Source: a virus
Taxonomy: Duplodnaviria; Caudoviricetes
Virus record (IMG/VR): IMGVR_UViG_3300050014_001170
Coordinates: 1-60,387 of that record
Length of the DNA: 60,387 bases
Reading direction: 5' to 3' (one strand)
Below, piece after piece: positions 19,775-29,328 of this stretch (its first letter is position 1; each line of letters starts with the position of its first letter). The notes below the pieces were generated by a model. That model did no database searches, was not told where the DNA came from, and was given only the letters and a program-made list of their open reading frames with translations. The translations under genes were made by a program, and so were the position numbers.

Positions 19775-20809
19775 ATGAATATACCTTTAACACGAGATGT
19801 TTTTAGAAACTCCGTTTTCGAACGAGATAAACATCTTTGTGTGATATGTAAAGAAGCGGCCTTAGATGCCCATCATATTTTAGAAAGAAGGCTTTTTCCC
19901 GAAGGGGGATACTATCTCAACAACGGAGCATCGCTTTGTGAAAAACATCATTTATTAGCTGAATCTACTCAGCTATCCTGCGATGAAATTCGGCAATCAG
20001 CGGGAATAACAGAGATAGTACTTCCCCCTCATTTTTATACAGATGTTGAATATGATAAATGGGGTAATGAAGTTCTTGCAAATGGTACACGTGTACGCGG
20101 GGAACTATTTAATGATATGTCTGTTCAGAAAATACTTACCCCAGTTTTGGATCTTTTTACTGATAGGGTTAAATATCCTAGAACTTTTCATTTACCCTGG
20201 AGCCCTGGAATGAGTAGAGATGATCGCATGATGGAAAATATAAAAGTTTTTGAAGGGCAGGAAGTTATGATATGTGAAAAACTTGATGGGGAAAATACAA
20301 CTTGGTATAGAGATTATCTTCATGCTCGATCTATAAATTCGGATAATCATCCATCAAGAAATTGGGTTAAAAATCTTTGGGCTCAGAAAGGATATGAGAT
20401 TCCTGAAGGCTGGAGAGTCTGCGGTGAGAATATGTTTGCCAAGCATGCAATTCATTATACTAAGGAAAAAGGAAATGCTTTATCGACATATTTTTATATG
20501 TTTTCAATTTGGGATGAAAAAAATATATGCTTGAGTTGGAAAGAAACAGAAGAATGGGCAGAACTTCTTGAACTTACTTTAGTTCCTGCATTTTATAAAG
20601 GAATTTGGGATATGAAAGTAATAGAGGAGCTTAATAAAAAGATGGAAGCAAATCCTGGAACAATAGAAGGATATGTTGTACGTTTAGCTCGGGAATACCA
20701 TTATTCAGAATTTAGAAATGTATGTGGAAAATATGTTCGAAAAAATCACGTCTCAAATTCACATGGGCATTGGGCTCAACAAAAAATAACTAAAAACGAA
20801 CTGAAATAA
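19775..20809 (+). CDS. HNH nuclease-RNA ligase (Rnl2-like family) fusion
   Basis: N-terminal CVIC...DAHHI...NGASLCEKHH; C-terminal KYPRTFHLPWS, EKLDGEN, CGEN, EGYVVR and KYVR. Confidence 0.8.
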   Translation: MNIPLTRDVFRNSVFERDKHLCVICKEAALDAHHILERRLFPEGGYYLNNGASLCEKHHLLAESTQLSCDEIRQSAGITEIVLPPHFYTDVEYDKWGNEVLANGTRVRGELFNDMSVQKILTPVLDLFTDRVKYPRTFHLPWSPGMSRDDRMMENIKVFEGQEVMICEKLDGENTTWYRDYLHARSINSDNHPSRNWVKNLWAQKGYEIPEGWRVCGENMFAKHAIHYTKEKGNALSTYFYMFSIWDEKNICLSWKETEEWAELLELTLVPAFYKGIWDMKVIEELNKKMEANPGTIEGYVVRLAREYHYSEFRNVCGKYVRKNHVSNSHGHWAQQKITKNELK

Positions 20810-21008
20810 AATGAAACACGATAAAAATTTCTTTACAGAGAAGAATCTTAGAACCAAAAGTTTAGGTACTTTATATAGATGGAAACGTATAGAAAAAAGT
20901 ACAGAAGGAACTCTTTATTGGTATTTTTGGCCAGCTAATATACGTACTATATTAAATAAACTTATAAAAGAAAAATTAACAAAGAATTAAACCCTTAATA
21001 ATTTAACT

Positions 21009-21098
21009 ATGAAAAACACTATTAAACATTGGCTATTTGTTCAAAGAAGTACCATGAAAAACACTATTAAACATTGGCTATTTGTTCAAATAAGTACC
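21009..21098 (+). repeat. 45-bp tandem duplication that includes the start codon
   Basis: atgaaaaacactattaaacattggctatttgttcaaa(g/t)aagtacc occurs twice with one mismatch. Confidence 0.9.
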
Positions 21099-21446
21099 AT
21101 TAGAATCAATAGTTTAAATCTTAAAAAGAGGATAGGATATTTATTTTATCCCGAAAAAAATAGAATGAGTAAACAAAGCAGACTCAATCGTAAGGTTGCT
21201 AATATAATTAACAATTTTTTTATGAAAGGAGATGAATTATCTTCTGGGTTTCCTAGCAATTATATTCAGATGACTAAAGTTATTGTTAAAGAAAAGAAAG
21301 CTGAAGTTAATATAACAGTTGAACTTTCCAGACCTGGATTATTAATAGGTAAAGCAGGCAGAACTATTGATGCTGTTAATAAAAGATTAGCTGATTATTT
21401 TAATAAAAAGGTTAATATTCATATCAAAGAATCTTATTTATTCTAA
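21009..21446 (+). CDS. Type II KH-domain protein (ribosomal protein S3 N-terminal-like)
   Basis: ITVELSRPGLLIGKAGRTID...KVNIHIKE matches the S3 RPGxxIGKxG motif. Confidence 0.7.
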   Translation: MKNTIKHWLFVQRSTMKNTIKHWLFVQISTIRINSLNLKKRIGYLFYPEKNRMSKQSRLNRKVANIINNFFMKGDELSSGFPSNYIQMTKVIVKEKKAEVNITVELSRPGLLIGKAGRTIDAVNKRLADYFNKKVNIHIKESYLF

Positions 21447-21451
21447 ATTAT

Positions 21452-21715
21452 ATGAGAGTTTTATTGGATTTACGAGAAAGAAAAAATAGCAAATATCCAA
21501 ATTTTCCGGATGAATTACCGAATTCCTGGTTTAATGAAGAATGGGCAGAAAAAAGGCATGGTCAGACATTAAGTCATTTAAATAGCCGGGGAGGATTGGG
21601 TCCAGAAGAAATGGTTATGAATATAGAGCATCTTAGTCTTGATGACTTTAGAAAATTGACTTTAAATGATGCAATGGAAAAATTATTAGAAAAACTTAAA
21701 AATGAATTAAAATGA
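21452..21715 (+). CDS. Hypothetical protein
   Basis: HGQTLSHLNSRGGL motif; coupled ORF. Confidence 0.6.
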   Translation: MRVLLDLRERKNSKYPNFPDELPNSWFNEEWAEKRHGQTLSHLNSRGGLGPEEMVMNIEHLSLDDFRKLTLNDAMEKLLEKLKNELK

Positions 21716-21915
21716 TAGAGTACGAAAAAGATTTTTCCCAAATAACAAAAGAACATAATGATACTATGCTATTAACTAAAATGACTTTAAAATCTATAAA
21801 AGTTATTCAGAAACAAATAAAAGTTAGTAATGAAGAAATTCAAGAAATGATAAATTATTTCTCAAAAATGGAATATTATCATATATGTTCCCGATTAAAA
21901 AATGAATCAAAATGA
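21712..21915 (+). CDS. Hypothetical protein
   Basis: ATGA-coupled ORF. Confidence 0.55.
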   Translation: MIEYEKDFSQITKEHNDTMLLTKMTLKSIKVIQKQIKVSNEEIQEMINYFSKMEYYHICSRLKNESK

Positions 21916-22265
21916 ATGCAACAGAATTTGTTATAAAAAAATTTGAAACTAACTATCCAGAGATAGTGAAATCAATTGATGAATGGACAGAATTTTCCAT
22001 TAAGAAAAACTGGGATGAATTAAGAATTATTCTTAATCAGAATAATGTCGCAAATTGCCCTGATGAAAATGCTTATGGAGAAATTAATGATAGGGGAGAA
22101 CAGGGAAATTTACTTACAGCTTATCTTCTTAAAATTTCTTTTAAGGTTCAGGAATATCTTAATGCTAAAGGGTACTTGGTTCAGATATTAAGACCCGCTC
22201 ATGAAGAAGCTCCTCAGGGAGGATGGCAAGCTGGGAATTTAATTAAAGCAAGTTTTAAAAAATAA
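21912..22265 (+). CDS. Hypothetical protein
   Basis: ATGA-coupled ORF. Confidence 0.6.
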   Translation: MNATEFVIKKFETNYPEIVKSIDEWTEFSIKKNWDELRIILNQNNVANCPDENAYGEINDRGEQGNLLTAYLLKISFKVQEYLNAKGYLVQILRPAHEEAPQGGWQAGNLIKASFKK

Positions 22266-22268
22266 AAA

Positions 22269-22655
22269 ATGGATATTAAAAGATCGCGCAATTTAGTTAT
22301 TGCGGAATTCATGGGTTACCCTTATTATTTTGAGGATATGCACCATTTTTATGGCGGACCTATCAAAGGAGAAATACTTGACGTCGGTGATATTATTTGC
22401 AAGACAAAACCAAGAATTTATGAGGGTAGAGATGGATTAAATATGATTGCTGATGCAGATTATACTCGAGTTCCAAACCGATGGTATGATCAATCATGGG
22501 ACGAATTAATTCCGGTAATTCAAAGAATAAGAGAAATTATGCCTAAGGAATCTATATCCTTAGATAAATTTCTTTTAAGCTTAGATATTAAAATAGTTTG
22601 GAAGGAAGTTCATAATTTTATTGAGTGGTATAATGAAATAGAAGAAATTCAATGA
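22269..22655 (+). CDS. Hypothetical phage protein
   Basis: NLVIAEFMG...YDQSWDELIPV...FIEWYN pattern. Confidence 0.6.
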   Translation: MDIKRSRNLVIAEFMGYPYYFEDMHHFYGGPIKGEILDVGDIICKTKPRIYEGRDGLNMIADADYTRVPNRWYDQSWDELIPVIQRIREIMPKESISLDKFLLSLDIKIVWKEVHNFIEWYNEIEEIQ

Positions 22656-23536
22656 AAGCAAAGTGGTTAGTTGAAGCAAATATTTTCGAAGACAATACAG
22701 ACAAACTTATTGGAATTCTGAAACAAAAAGGAATTGATCACCATGTTTTAAAGTATATTCCTTTTGATGATGATTTACCAAACAGATGTTTGAAAATTTA
22801 TGGACCAGAAGAATGTGTAGTTTTTTATGGGTCTCTTAATTTTGGTCGTAAGTTAAAAAAGCTTCCTTGGGTTCCTGGGGTATATCTTAATGAGAAAGCA
22901 TTTGAGTGTACATCATATTATCCTAACCTTAAAGGAATGCTTTTGCATCATCATGACTATTGGATGATGCCTTATGGGGATTTAGCTGAACACAAAACAA
23001 GAATATTTAAACATTTCGGAGACAAGGTCTTTATTCGTCCAAATTCGGGTATGAAACAATTTGTTGGAATGATTTGTCATGAAGATGATTTTTATGAGTG
23101 TGTTAAACTTGCAGGATCCTATGATGTTGAACCAGATCTTTTAACTCTTTTATCTCGGGTTTATCCTATTGAAAAGGAATGGAGATTTATTATTGTTGAT
23201 AGTGAACCAGTTTCCGGAAGTTTATATCGAGATTGGTCTTCTCCCGAAAAAATATCTCCCGGAACTGTTACAAGAGATTATGTTTTGATGAATTCTCACT
23301 CTTTGTGGGAAGGATGCGATGATAAACAAGCTTTAATGACAGCTTACGAAGCTGCTAAAAGATATAATCCGGATCGTTGCTGGACAATGGATATTTCTAA
23401 AACTGAATTTGGAACTTATGATGTTTTGGAAATAGGATGTTTTTCAGGAGCCGGCTTATATGGTAATGATCTTAGTAAAGTGGTTGATGCTGTTTCTGCT
23501 GCAGCATTAAAAGAATGGGAGGAATATAATGTATGA
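22652..23536 (+). CDS. ATP-grasp domain protein (DUF4343/R2K-like)
   Basis: FYGS, VFIRP..K.F.G, EWRFIIV, MDI and LEIGCFSGAGLY motifs. Confidence 0.75.
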   Translation: MKAKWLVEANIFEDNTDKLIGILKQKGIDHHVLKYIPFDDDLPNRCLKIYGPEECVVFYGSLNFGRKLKKLPWVPGVYLNEKAFECTSYYPNLKGMLLHHHDYWMMPYGDLAEHKTRIFKHFGDKVFIRPNSGMKQFVGMICHEDDFYECVKLAGSYDVEPDLLTLLSRVYPIEKEWRFIIVDSEPVSGSLYRDWSSPEKISPGTVTRDYVLMNSHSLWEGCDDKQALMTAYEAAKRYNPDRCWTMDISKTEFGTYDVLEIGCFSGAGLYGNDLSKVVDAVSAAALKEWEEYNV

Positions 23537-23865
23537 TCTTAATCCCGCTATATTTTAAGGATGGTGTTCAATTTTCATCTGGATATGAACGAGTAGTTCA
23601 TGGAGGGCGAGGGTCTTTTGTAGAACTTACCCGAGATCAAATTTTAATTTCTCTTAAATCCCATTTTAATACTCCTGTTCCGAAAGAAATAAAACCCGAA
23701 TTATTTTATTATCATTGGTTGCAGACAGAAGGAAGAACCGAAAAGATATATTGGCAAATAAATACGGTTAAATATGCAGATTATAAAGTGGGGTATTATT
23801 ATATTTCCCCAACTCTTCTCAAACCTTTTATAGAGATGGATCCTGGGGTGAAGATGCTTTTTTAA
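23533..23865 (+). CDS. Hypothetical protein
   Basis: GYERVVHGGRG...YADYKVGYYYISP motif; coupled ORF. Confidence 0.6.
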   Translation: MILIPLYFKDGVQFSSGYERVVHGGRGSFVELTRDQILISLKSHFNTPVPKEIKPELFYYHWLQTEGRTEKIYWQINTVKYADYKVGYYYISPTLLKPFIEMDPGVKMLF

Positions 23866-23974
23866 GTATGTTAAGATTCTGTTAAATTTAACGTTTTTTA
23901 ACGATTAAATTTCCTGAGTAATTTTTTTACTCGGGATTTTTGTTGTATATTTATCCCAATTAAAAAATCTTTAA

Positions 23975-24388
23975 ATGAGTTTTAAAAACAAATTTAAAAA
24001 ATCAATATTAATTGCCATTTTATTTTTATTTGGGGTTGCTGTTTTGGCAGCACCAAGAAAAATAACCTTAAATAGCCTCACCCCAAATATTCTTTGCCAG
24101 GGATTAAGCACACTTGTAAATTTTACAGTTGCTGGTAATTACAATTTTGGCAATAAGTTTAATGTTGAACTTTCAGATAATTTGGGAAATTTTTCTTCTC
24201 CAACAATTATAGGCTCTTTATTTAGCACGAATTCAGGAACATTTACCGTAACTACAGATCCAATAATTGTTATTGGTACAGGATATAGAATTAGGGTAAG
24301 AAGTACTAACCAAGTAGTAACATCCGGTTCTTTATCAATAAAAATTTATCTCCATCCTGCTCTAAATCCTATAATTAAATTGTATTAG
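23975..24388 (+). CDS. Secreted Ig-like protein (Bacteroidota adhesin-type domain)
   Basis: Signal peptide; N.F.VELSD..G.F...GTGYRIRV motif seen in Bacteroidota surface proteins. Confidence 0.65.
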   Translation: MSFKNKFKKSILIAILFLFGVAVLAAPRKITLNSLTPNILCQGLSTLVNFTVAGNYNFGNKFNVELSDNLGNFSSPTIIGSLFSTNSGTFTVTTDPIIVIGTGYRIRVRSTNQVVTSGSLSIKIYLHPALNPIIKLY

Positions 24389-24498
24389 TGAATGTTGTTA
24401 AAATATTGTTAAAAATATTTCTTTACTACGGAAATTATTCGTATATTTGCATTCTAAATTTAATATTAAAAATAAATTAAAAATTAAAAAAAGTAACT

Positions 24499-25176
24499 AT
24501 GAAAACATTTAAATTTTTATTTGGAATTTTAGCTTTATTAGTAATAACAGCTATTAGTGCAAACGCACAGATTGTGGTTACCGAAGGGTCTACCCACAAT
24601 TTCAAGGTAACTACTGACCATTCAGCCGCACCTTTCAATTATGTTTATGGTTGGTCAACTGCTCCTGGTGGCAATACAATTGCTACGGCGGACAAAGCTG
24701 CTACTGATATTAAATTCGTTGTTGCAGGTGCCACCACAATTTCAGTTAGCGAAACTAATCCTCTTGGAGGTTGCGCTACAATCAACAACTTTTTAGTTAC
24801 CGTTCTTGGTATGCAAACATTAGCTTTTACATCAGCTACTTCTCAAAGTTGCGCTAATGTAGCCGCAGTTCTTCCTTTTACCTTTGGCGGGGCAACAGCT
24901 GATTATTATCCTTTGGTTATAAATTATAAAGTAGCTATCAACGGTGCACCTGCAATAGACAGAATAGCAACTTTGGCTTTTGGAGCAACATTCGAACTTC
25001 CTTTAACAGCTGCCGACCGTGCTGACCTGTCTAACCCTGCCGGTCCTTCTTATAATATAGTTGTTACTTTGGTTAGTGCAACTGCTAATTCCGGTACTGT
25101 TACACTTGGAGCAGCAGTTAATACTAACACAGTATTTGACATCCCAGATGCAAACGTAATTATAAAGGTCAATTAA
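24499..25176 (+). CDS. Secreted Ig/PKD-like beta-sandwich protein
   Basis: Signal peptide ending ANA-Q; T/A/V-rich beta-strands; YGWS and VSETN..GC motifs. Confidence 0.6.
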   Translation: MKTFKFLFGILALLVITAISANAQIVVTEGSTHNFKVTTDHSAAPFNYVYGWSTAPGGNTIATADKAATDIKFVVAGATTISVSETNPLGGCATINNFLVTVLGMQTLAFTSATSQSCANVAAVLPFTFGGATADYYPLVINYKVAINGAPAIDRIATLAFGATFELPLTAADRADLSNPAGPSYNIVVTLVSATANSGTVTLGAAVNTNTVFDIPDANVIIKVN

Positions 25177-25191
25177 TTACTTATCTACCCT

Positions 25192-25224
25192 GCAAACCCC
25201 AAAACCTCGGGGTTTGCTTTTTTT
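25192..25224 (+). terminator. Intrinsic terminator
   Basis: gcaaacccc...ggggtttgc followed by a T-run. Confidence 0.7.
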
Positions 25225-25276
25225 CAAAAAATTTTTCAAAGCATTTTTCTTCAAAAATTTTTCCTCAAAAATACTG

Positions 25277-25834
25277 ATGAAAAAATTAATCGCCATATTA
25301 TTTTTCTTCCTAATTTTCTGGAATGCTCAAGCTCAACAAAGAGTTTTCCGGGGATCAGTACATCAGTATACAATAAAAAATGAAAATCCTTTATATAGTT
25401 TTATTTGGACAACATCCGGAGGAACTTCTTCTTCATTACAAACAAAAGAAATCGCTACTATAAAATGGGACGGATTTACAGGAATTTATACACTTTCCGT
25501 AATTCTTGTAAATAATATCTCTGGTTGTGCAAGTAATCCTATTTCTCTTGAAGTAGAGATAATCGATGGATTAATAATACCTAATGCCTTTACCCCCAAT
25601 GACGATGGACAAAATGATCTATGGATAATTGGAGGATTAGAGGGCTTTCCTGATTTAATTGTAACGATCTTTGATAGTTGGGGAAGAACTATTTTCAGAT
25701 CAGAAAAAGGTTATCCTAAACCCTGGGATGGCGAATGGAAAGGGGTCAGGGTACCAATAGATGCATATTATTATATCATTGATTTAAACAATGGGGATAA
25801 ACTCCTAAAAGGAAGCGTAACACTTATTAGATAA
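25277..25834 (+). CDS. T9SS cargo with a gliding-motility-associated (type B) C-terminal domain
   Basis: Signal peptide ending AQA-Q; IPNAFTPNDDGQNDLW...IFDSWG...WDG...YYYII...KGSVTLIR is a type B CTD. Start moved to ATG 25277. Confidence 0.85.
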   Translation: MKKLIAILFFFLIFWNAQAQQRVFRGSVHQYTIKNENPLYSFIWTTSGGTSSSLQTKEIATIKWDGFTGIYTLSVILVNNISGCASNPISLEVEIIDGLIIPNAFTPNDDGQNDLWIIGGLEGFPDLIVTIFDSWGRTIFRSEKGYPKPWDGEWKGVRVPIDAYYYIIDLNNGDKLLKGSVTLIR

Positions 25835-25839
25835 TAATT

Positions 25840-26814
25840 ATGAAAAAATTAATTTCTTTTTACATCTTAATATTTTTAACTATATCGGTTAAAGGGCAAC
25901 AGGTTCCTATATTTAGCCAATATATGTTCAATAAGTTTTTACTTAATCCAGCTTTAGCTGGAGCAGAAGGATATACATCTTGTACTATTACTTCTAGATT
26001 ACAATGGGCAGGATTTAAAGATGCTCCTGTTACAAATTCTATAAATGCTCAAACTCGACTTACTAAAAAATCTTCAGGAAAAAAGGTTAGTCAGTTCTCA
26101 GATAATTATGGAAAAACAGGGATTGGAATAAATATTTATGATGATCATCGAGGGCTTCTTGCTCAAACTGGGGTTGAATTTACTTATGCATATCATACAA
26201 AAATTGCTGAGAAAGCTCAATTATCTTTTGGCTTAACTTACAGCATGACAAATTTTCGCTTAGATAAATCTAAATTACAATTAAACGAACCGGATAATTA
26301 TTTAACCATGAATAATCTATCACTATGGATAATGGATTTAAATGCTGGGGTTTATTTAACTACTCAGAAAGCATATTTAGGATTTTCAGCAAATCGTATT
26401 TTGCCCGATTATTTAATACCTAGTTCAACTCTTGGAATGGGAAATCCCGAATATGTTGAAATGAAACTCAAAAGAAACTACAATCTTATGGCAGGATATA
26501 GATTTGCACTTGATAAAAACTGGGGGATCGAACCAAGTTGCTTCTTTAAAACTACAGATCAAATTCGGCTTTCTCAGATTGATCTATCCTGTAGAACTTA
26601 TTACAAAAGAGATTTTTGGCTTGGCTTTGGAGTTCGTTCGGGAAATGCTTTAACAGCGAATATGGGGGTTAGGTGGAATAATATCTATTTTGGATATGGA
26701 TATGATTTTACTTTGAATAAGCTTCAAACCTATTCAGCAGGAACTCATGAATTTATCATTACTTTTAAGATTGGTCAAAACGTTTGGAAATATAAATGGT
26801 TAGAAAGATTTTAA
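25840..26814 (+). CDS. PorP/SprF family type IX secretion outer-membrane protein
   Basis: QQVPIFSQYMFN...NPALAG...R.QW.G...P; YAYH; LSFGL; GYGYD; GTHE. Confidence 0.85.
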   Translation: MKKLISFYILIFLTISVKGQQVPIFSQYMFNKFLLNPALAGAEGYTSCTITSRLQWAGFKDAPVTNSINAQTRLTKKSSGKKVSQFSDNYGKTGIGINIYDDHRGLLAQTGVEFTYAYHTKIAEKAQLSFGLTYSMTNFRLDKSKLQLNEPDNYLTMNNLSLWIMDLNAGVYLTTQKAYLGFSANRILPDYLIPSSTLGMGNPEYVEMKLKRNYNLMAGYRFALDKNWGIEPSCFFKTTDQIRLSQIDLSCRTYYKRDFWLGFGVRSGNALTANMGVRWNNIYFGYGYDFTLNKLQTYSAGTHEFIITFKIGQNVWKYKWLERF

Positions 26815-26866
26815 AATATATTTTTTTATTAAGAATTTTATCGTATATTTGTATAAATAAAAAATT

Positions 26867-27859
26867 ATGAAGAAAGTAAAAATGAATATCAAGGATCTTC
26901 CCATATTAGGGAATGCTCAAATTCCTATTCATCTTATGCATTATTCCCACAAAAAAGATAAAAAGAAATTTTTTCAATCGGGATTTGCTTATTTTGGGGT
27001 TGCTGATGATCAAGCAGATGTAACTGGTTCTGATGGCGAAGACAAAGGATCTCTTGGCGGAAAAATGGGAGGAAATTACGAAATAATTCAGAAAAGAAAA
27101 GAAGATGATATTACACTTATTATTGATGTTGAGGATTTATGGGAACAAATAAGTAATCTTCTTGAAACTGCAGGGGTTAAAGTTCAGTTAGAAGGGATCG
27201 AAGAAACCTATAAAAAATATTGGGCTAAACATGAAAAGCTCAAAGAAATTTCTCAAATGCAAAAAGAAGCAGAAGAAGCTATAAAAAAAGAGGAAAAAGA
27301 AAAGATTAAAGAAGCTGAAGCAAAAATTAAAGAAGTTGAAACAGGGATTAGGGATTTTTCAATACTTACAGATAATGGGTGGGATTTAACTAAGGAAATT
27401 AGCGACTATGACTATCGTTATGATGAAGATTATCGATTTGATTGTAATATTGGAGTTGGGGTAAGAGTTGCTAAAGATGGAGATTGCTATACTTCTAAAC
27501 GTGTAGACTCAGTTCCAACAGTTACCCTTGATATTACTACATGGAAAGGAATTAGTCCTGGGGCTATTCATTATTATGGGGATCTTAAAATTTCTTTACC
27601 TCAATTTGAAAGAGATAATCGTTCAGGACATTTTTGCTCAATGTGGGATATTCCTTTTTTCAAAAATAATAGAATAAATCTTACCCATGTATTGGAACAA
27701 TGGGAAATAGATCGATATCCTGATAGTTATCAAGATATTCGTCTCGGACAACATATTAGGGGTTTTTATGCTCCAGAAGGAGTTAAAAGAGCTGCAGAGG
27801 TATTTTTTGCTGAACATTTTGATCCAGGATGGGATTTTAAAATTGAGGAAAATTACTAA
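26867..27859 (+). CDS. Hypothetical protein with a coiled coil
   Basis: 330-aa ORF after a TATATTTG promoter. Confidence 0.6.
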   Translation: MKKVKMNIKDLPILGNAQIPIHLMHYSHKKDKKKFFQSGFAYFGVADDQADVTGSDGEDKGSLGGKMGGNYEIIQKRKEDDITLIIDVEDLWEQISNLLETAGVKVQLEGIEETYKKYWAKHEKLKEISQMQKEAEEAIKKEEKEKIKEAEAKIKEVETGIRDFSILTDNGWDLTKEISDYDYRYDEDYRFDCNIGVGVRVAKDGDCYTSKRVDSVPTVTLDITTWKGISPGAIHYYGDLKISLPQFERDNRSGHFCSMWDIPFFKNNRINLTHVLEQWEIDRYPDSYQDIRLGQHIRGFYAPEGVKRAAEVFFAEHFDPGWDFKIEENY

Positions 27860-28452
27860 TGAAAAGAATTACAATAATCGTAATGTATATCATGGAATCC
27901 AAAACTCCATGGAAGGATTTCTTCTGGTTATTAAGAACTCTTTTAAATACTCCAATGATTTTATTTCACGAACTATCTCATATACTAGCTATTATTTTAA
28001 CAAGATGCGATGCTAGTCTGGATCCTAAGAAGTGGTATTTTCTTGCTAAAACCAATACACCTTACATTAATTCTGAAGGAAAAGAATGTATAAAAGCTGG
28101 ATTAGGATTTGCTTTTCCTATTGCTCTTCAAGATTCAAATCCTTGGAAAATTTTAATAGTCGGGGCAGCTCCTTTATTATCTATTTTATTTGATATATTT
28201 CTATGTTTTTATATTCCTTCAAAAATTCATATCCCTTTTGCATTTCAATATGTTATAATGAATTTTATGTTTGCTTATTTGGCTAGCAATTTAATGGAAG
28301 GAGCTTGGCTTAGTAAAGATGATATGAACTGTATTAAAATAGGGTGGAATCAGATAAAACCAGAAATTCATTATAGAGTTCGAAATATTTCAGAAAAAGT
28401 TTTTATTATAAAGAAATTATTCGTACATTTGCATTTATGGAAAGATCGTTAA
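27859..28452 (+). CDS. Membrane protein with HExxH (zincin/M50-like)
   Basis: FHELSH, GAAPL and LSKDD motifs with hydrophobic segments. Confidence 0.55.
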   Translation: MKRITIIVMYIMESKTPWKDFFWLLRTLLNTPMILFHELSHILAIILTRCDASLDPKKWYFLAKTNTPYINSEGKECIKAGLGFAFPIALQDSNPWKILIVGAAPLLSILFDIFLCFYIPSKIHIPFAFQYVIMNFMFAYLASNLMEGAWLSKDDMNCIKIGWNQIKPEIHYRVRNISEKVFIIKKLFVHLHLWKDR

Positions 28453-28500
28453 TTATATTTAATCGTGAATATAAACCAAAAAAATAAAAATGGAGCCCTC

Positions 28501-28893
28501 TCTGAAAGATCCTTGATCATTCTAAGAGGGCTCCCGTAGCTGGGATCTGGAAAATCCACTTTTGCTAAATTATTTAATGCTCCTATTTGTACTGCCGATG
28601 ATTATCATATGGTAGAAGGGAAGTATATTTGGAAATCTGAAAATGTTGGTAAAAGTCATTTGAAATGTCAAAATAAATGCGCAACACTTATGAGAGAAAA
28701 AGTGGAAAAAATTATAATAGCAAATACTTCTACTACAGAAAAAGAATTAAAACCATATTATGATTTAGCAATAGCTTATGGATATAAAGTTTTTTCTATA
28801 ATTGTTGAAAATAGGATTTCCTCAAAAAATATTCATAATGTTCCAGAAGAAACTATCATGAATATGCGGAAAAAATTTAATATAAAATTATAA
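28501..28893 (+). CDS. Polynucleotide kinase/AAA_33 P-loop protein interrupted by an in-frame TAG
   Basis: The frame reads SERSLIILRGLP*LGSGKSTFAK...CTADDY...ANT...HNVPEE; the ORF track only calls 28609-28893. Confidence 0.7.
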
Positions 28894-28935
28894 AAATATT
28901 TTTGAATTTGGGATTTTTTATGTACATTTGCAATT

Positions 28936-29319
28936 ATGATTTTATCTAAACAAGATATTGAAGATATTAATAAAGAGTGCCCTTCTGATCAAGGAATCTT
29001 TAGAGAACCATATGGTATTCCAACTCATATAAAAGAACATGTTATTTATATGAGATGGGAAACAGGAGGAATGGCTGGAGGAAATTGCTGGGGGGATGAT
29101 GCTTATTTTCAAGAGGGAGAGCCAAAACCTAAATTTAAGGTTTTGGATATTCTTTTGAAACGCGTTAAACCTAATATTTCTCTTTTAGAATTTAGGGAAC
29201 TTGAAGAACTCATTCATACAAATCATGAAACAAAGTATGAATATTATGGCAACAGTGAGGATTATGAAATAGAATACATTATACTTTCTGAGTTTTTGAA
29301 TAAAATTGAACACTTTTAA
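28936..29319 (+). CDS. Hypothetical phage protein
   Basis: WETGGMAGGNCW...EYYGN motif; downstream of a TACATTTG promoter. Confidence 0.6.
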   Translation: MILSKQDIEDINKECPSDQGIFREPYGIPTHIKEHVIYMRWETGGMAGGNCWGDDAYFQEGEPKPKFKVLDILLKRVKPNISLLEFRELEELIHTNHETKYEYYGNSEDYEIEYIILSEFLNKIEHF

Positions 29320-29328
29320 AAATACAAA

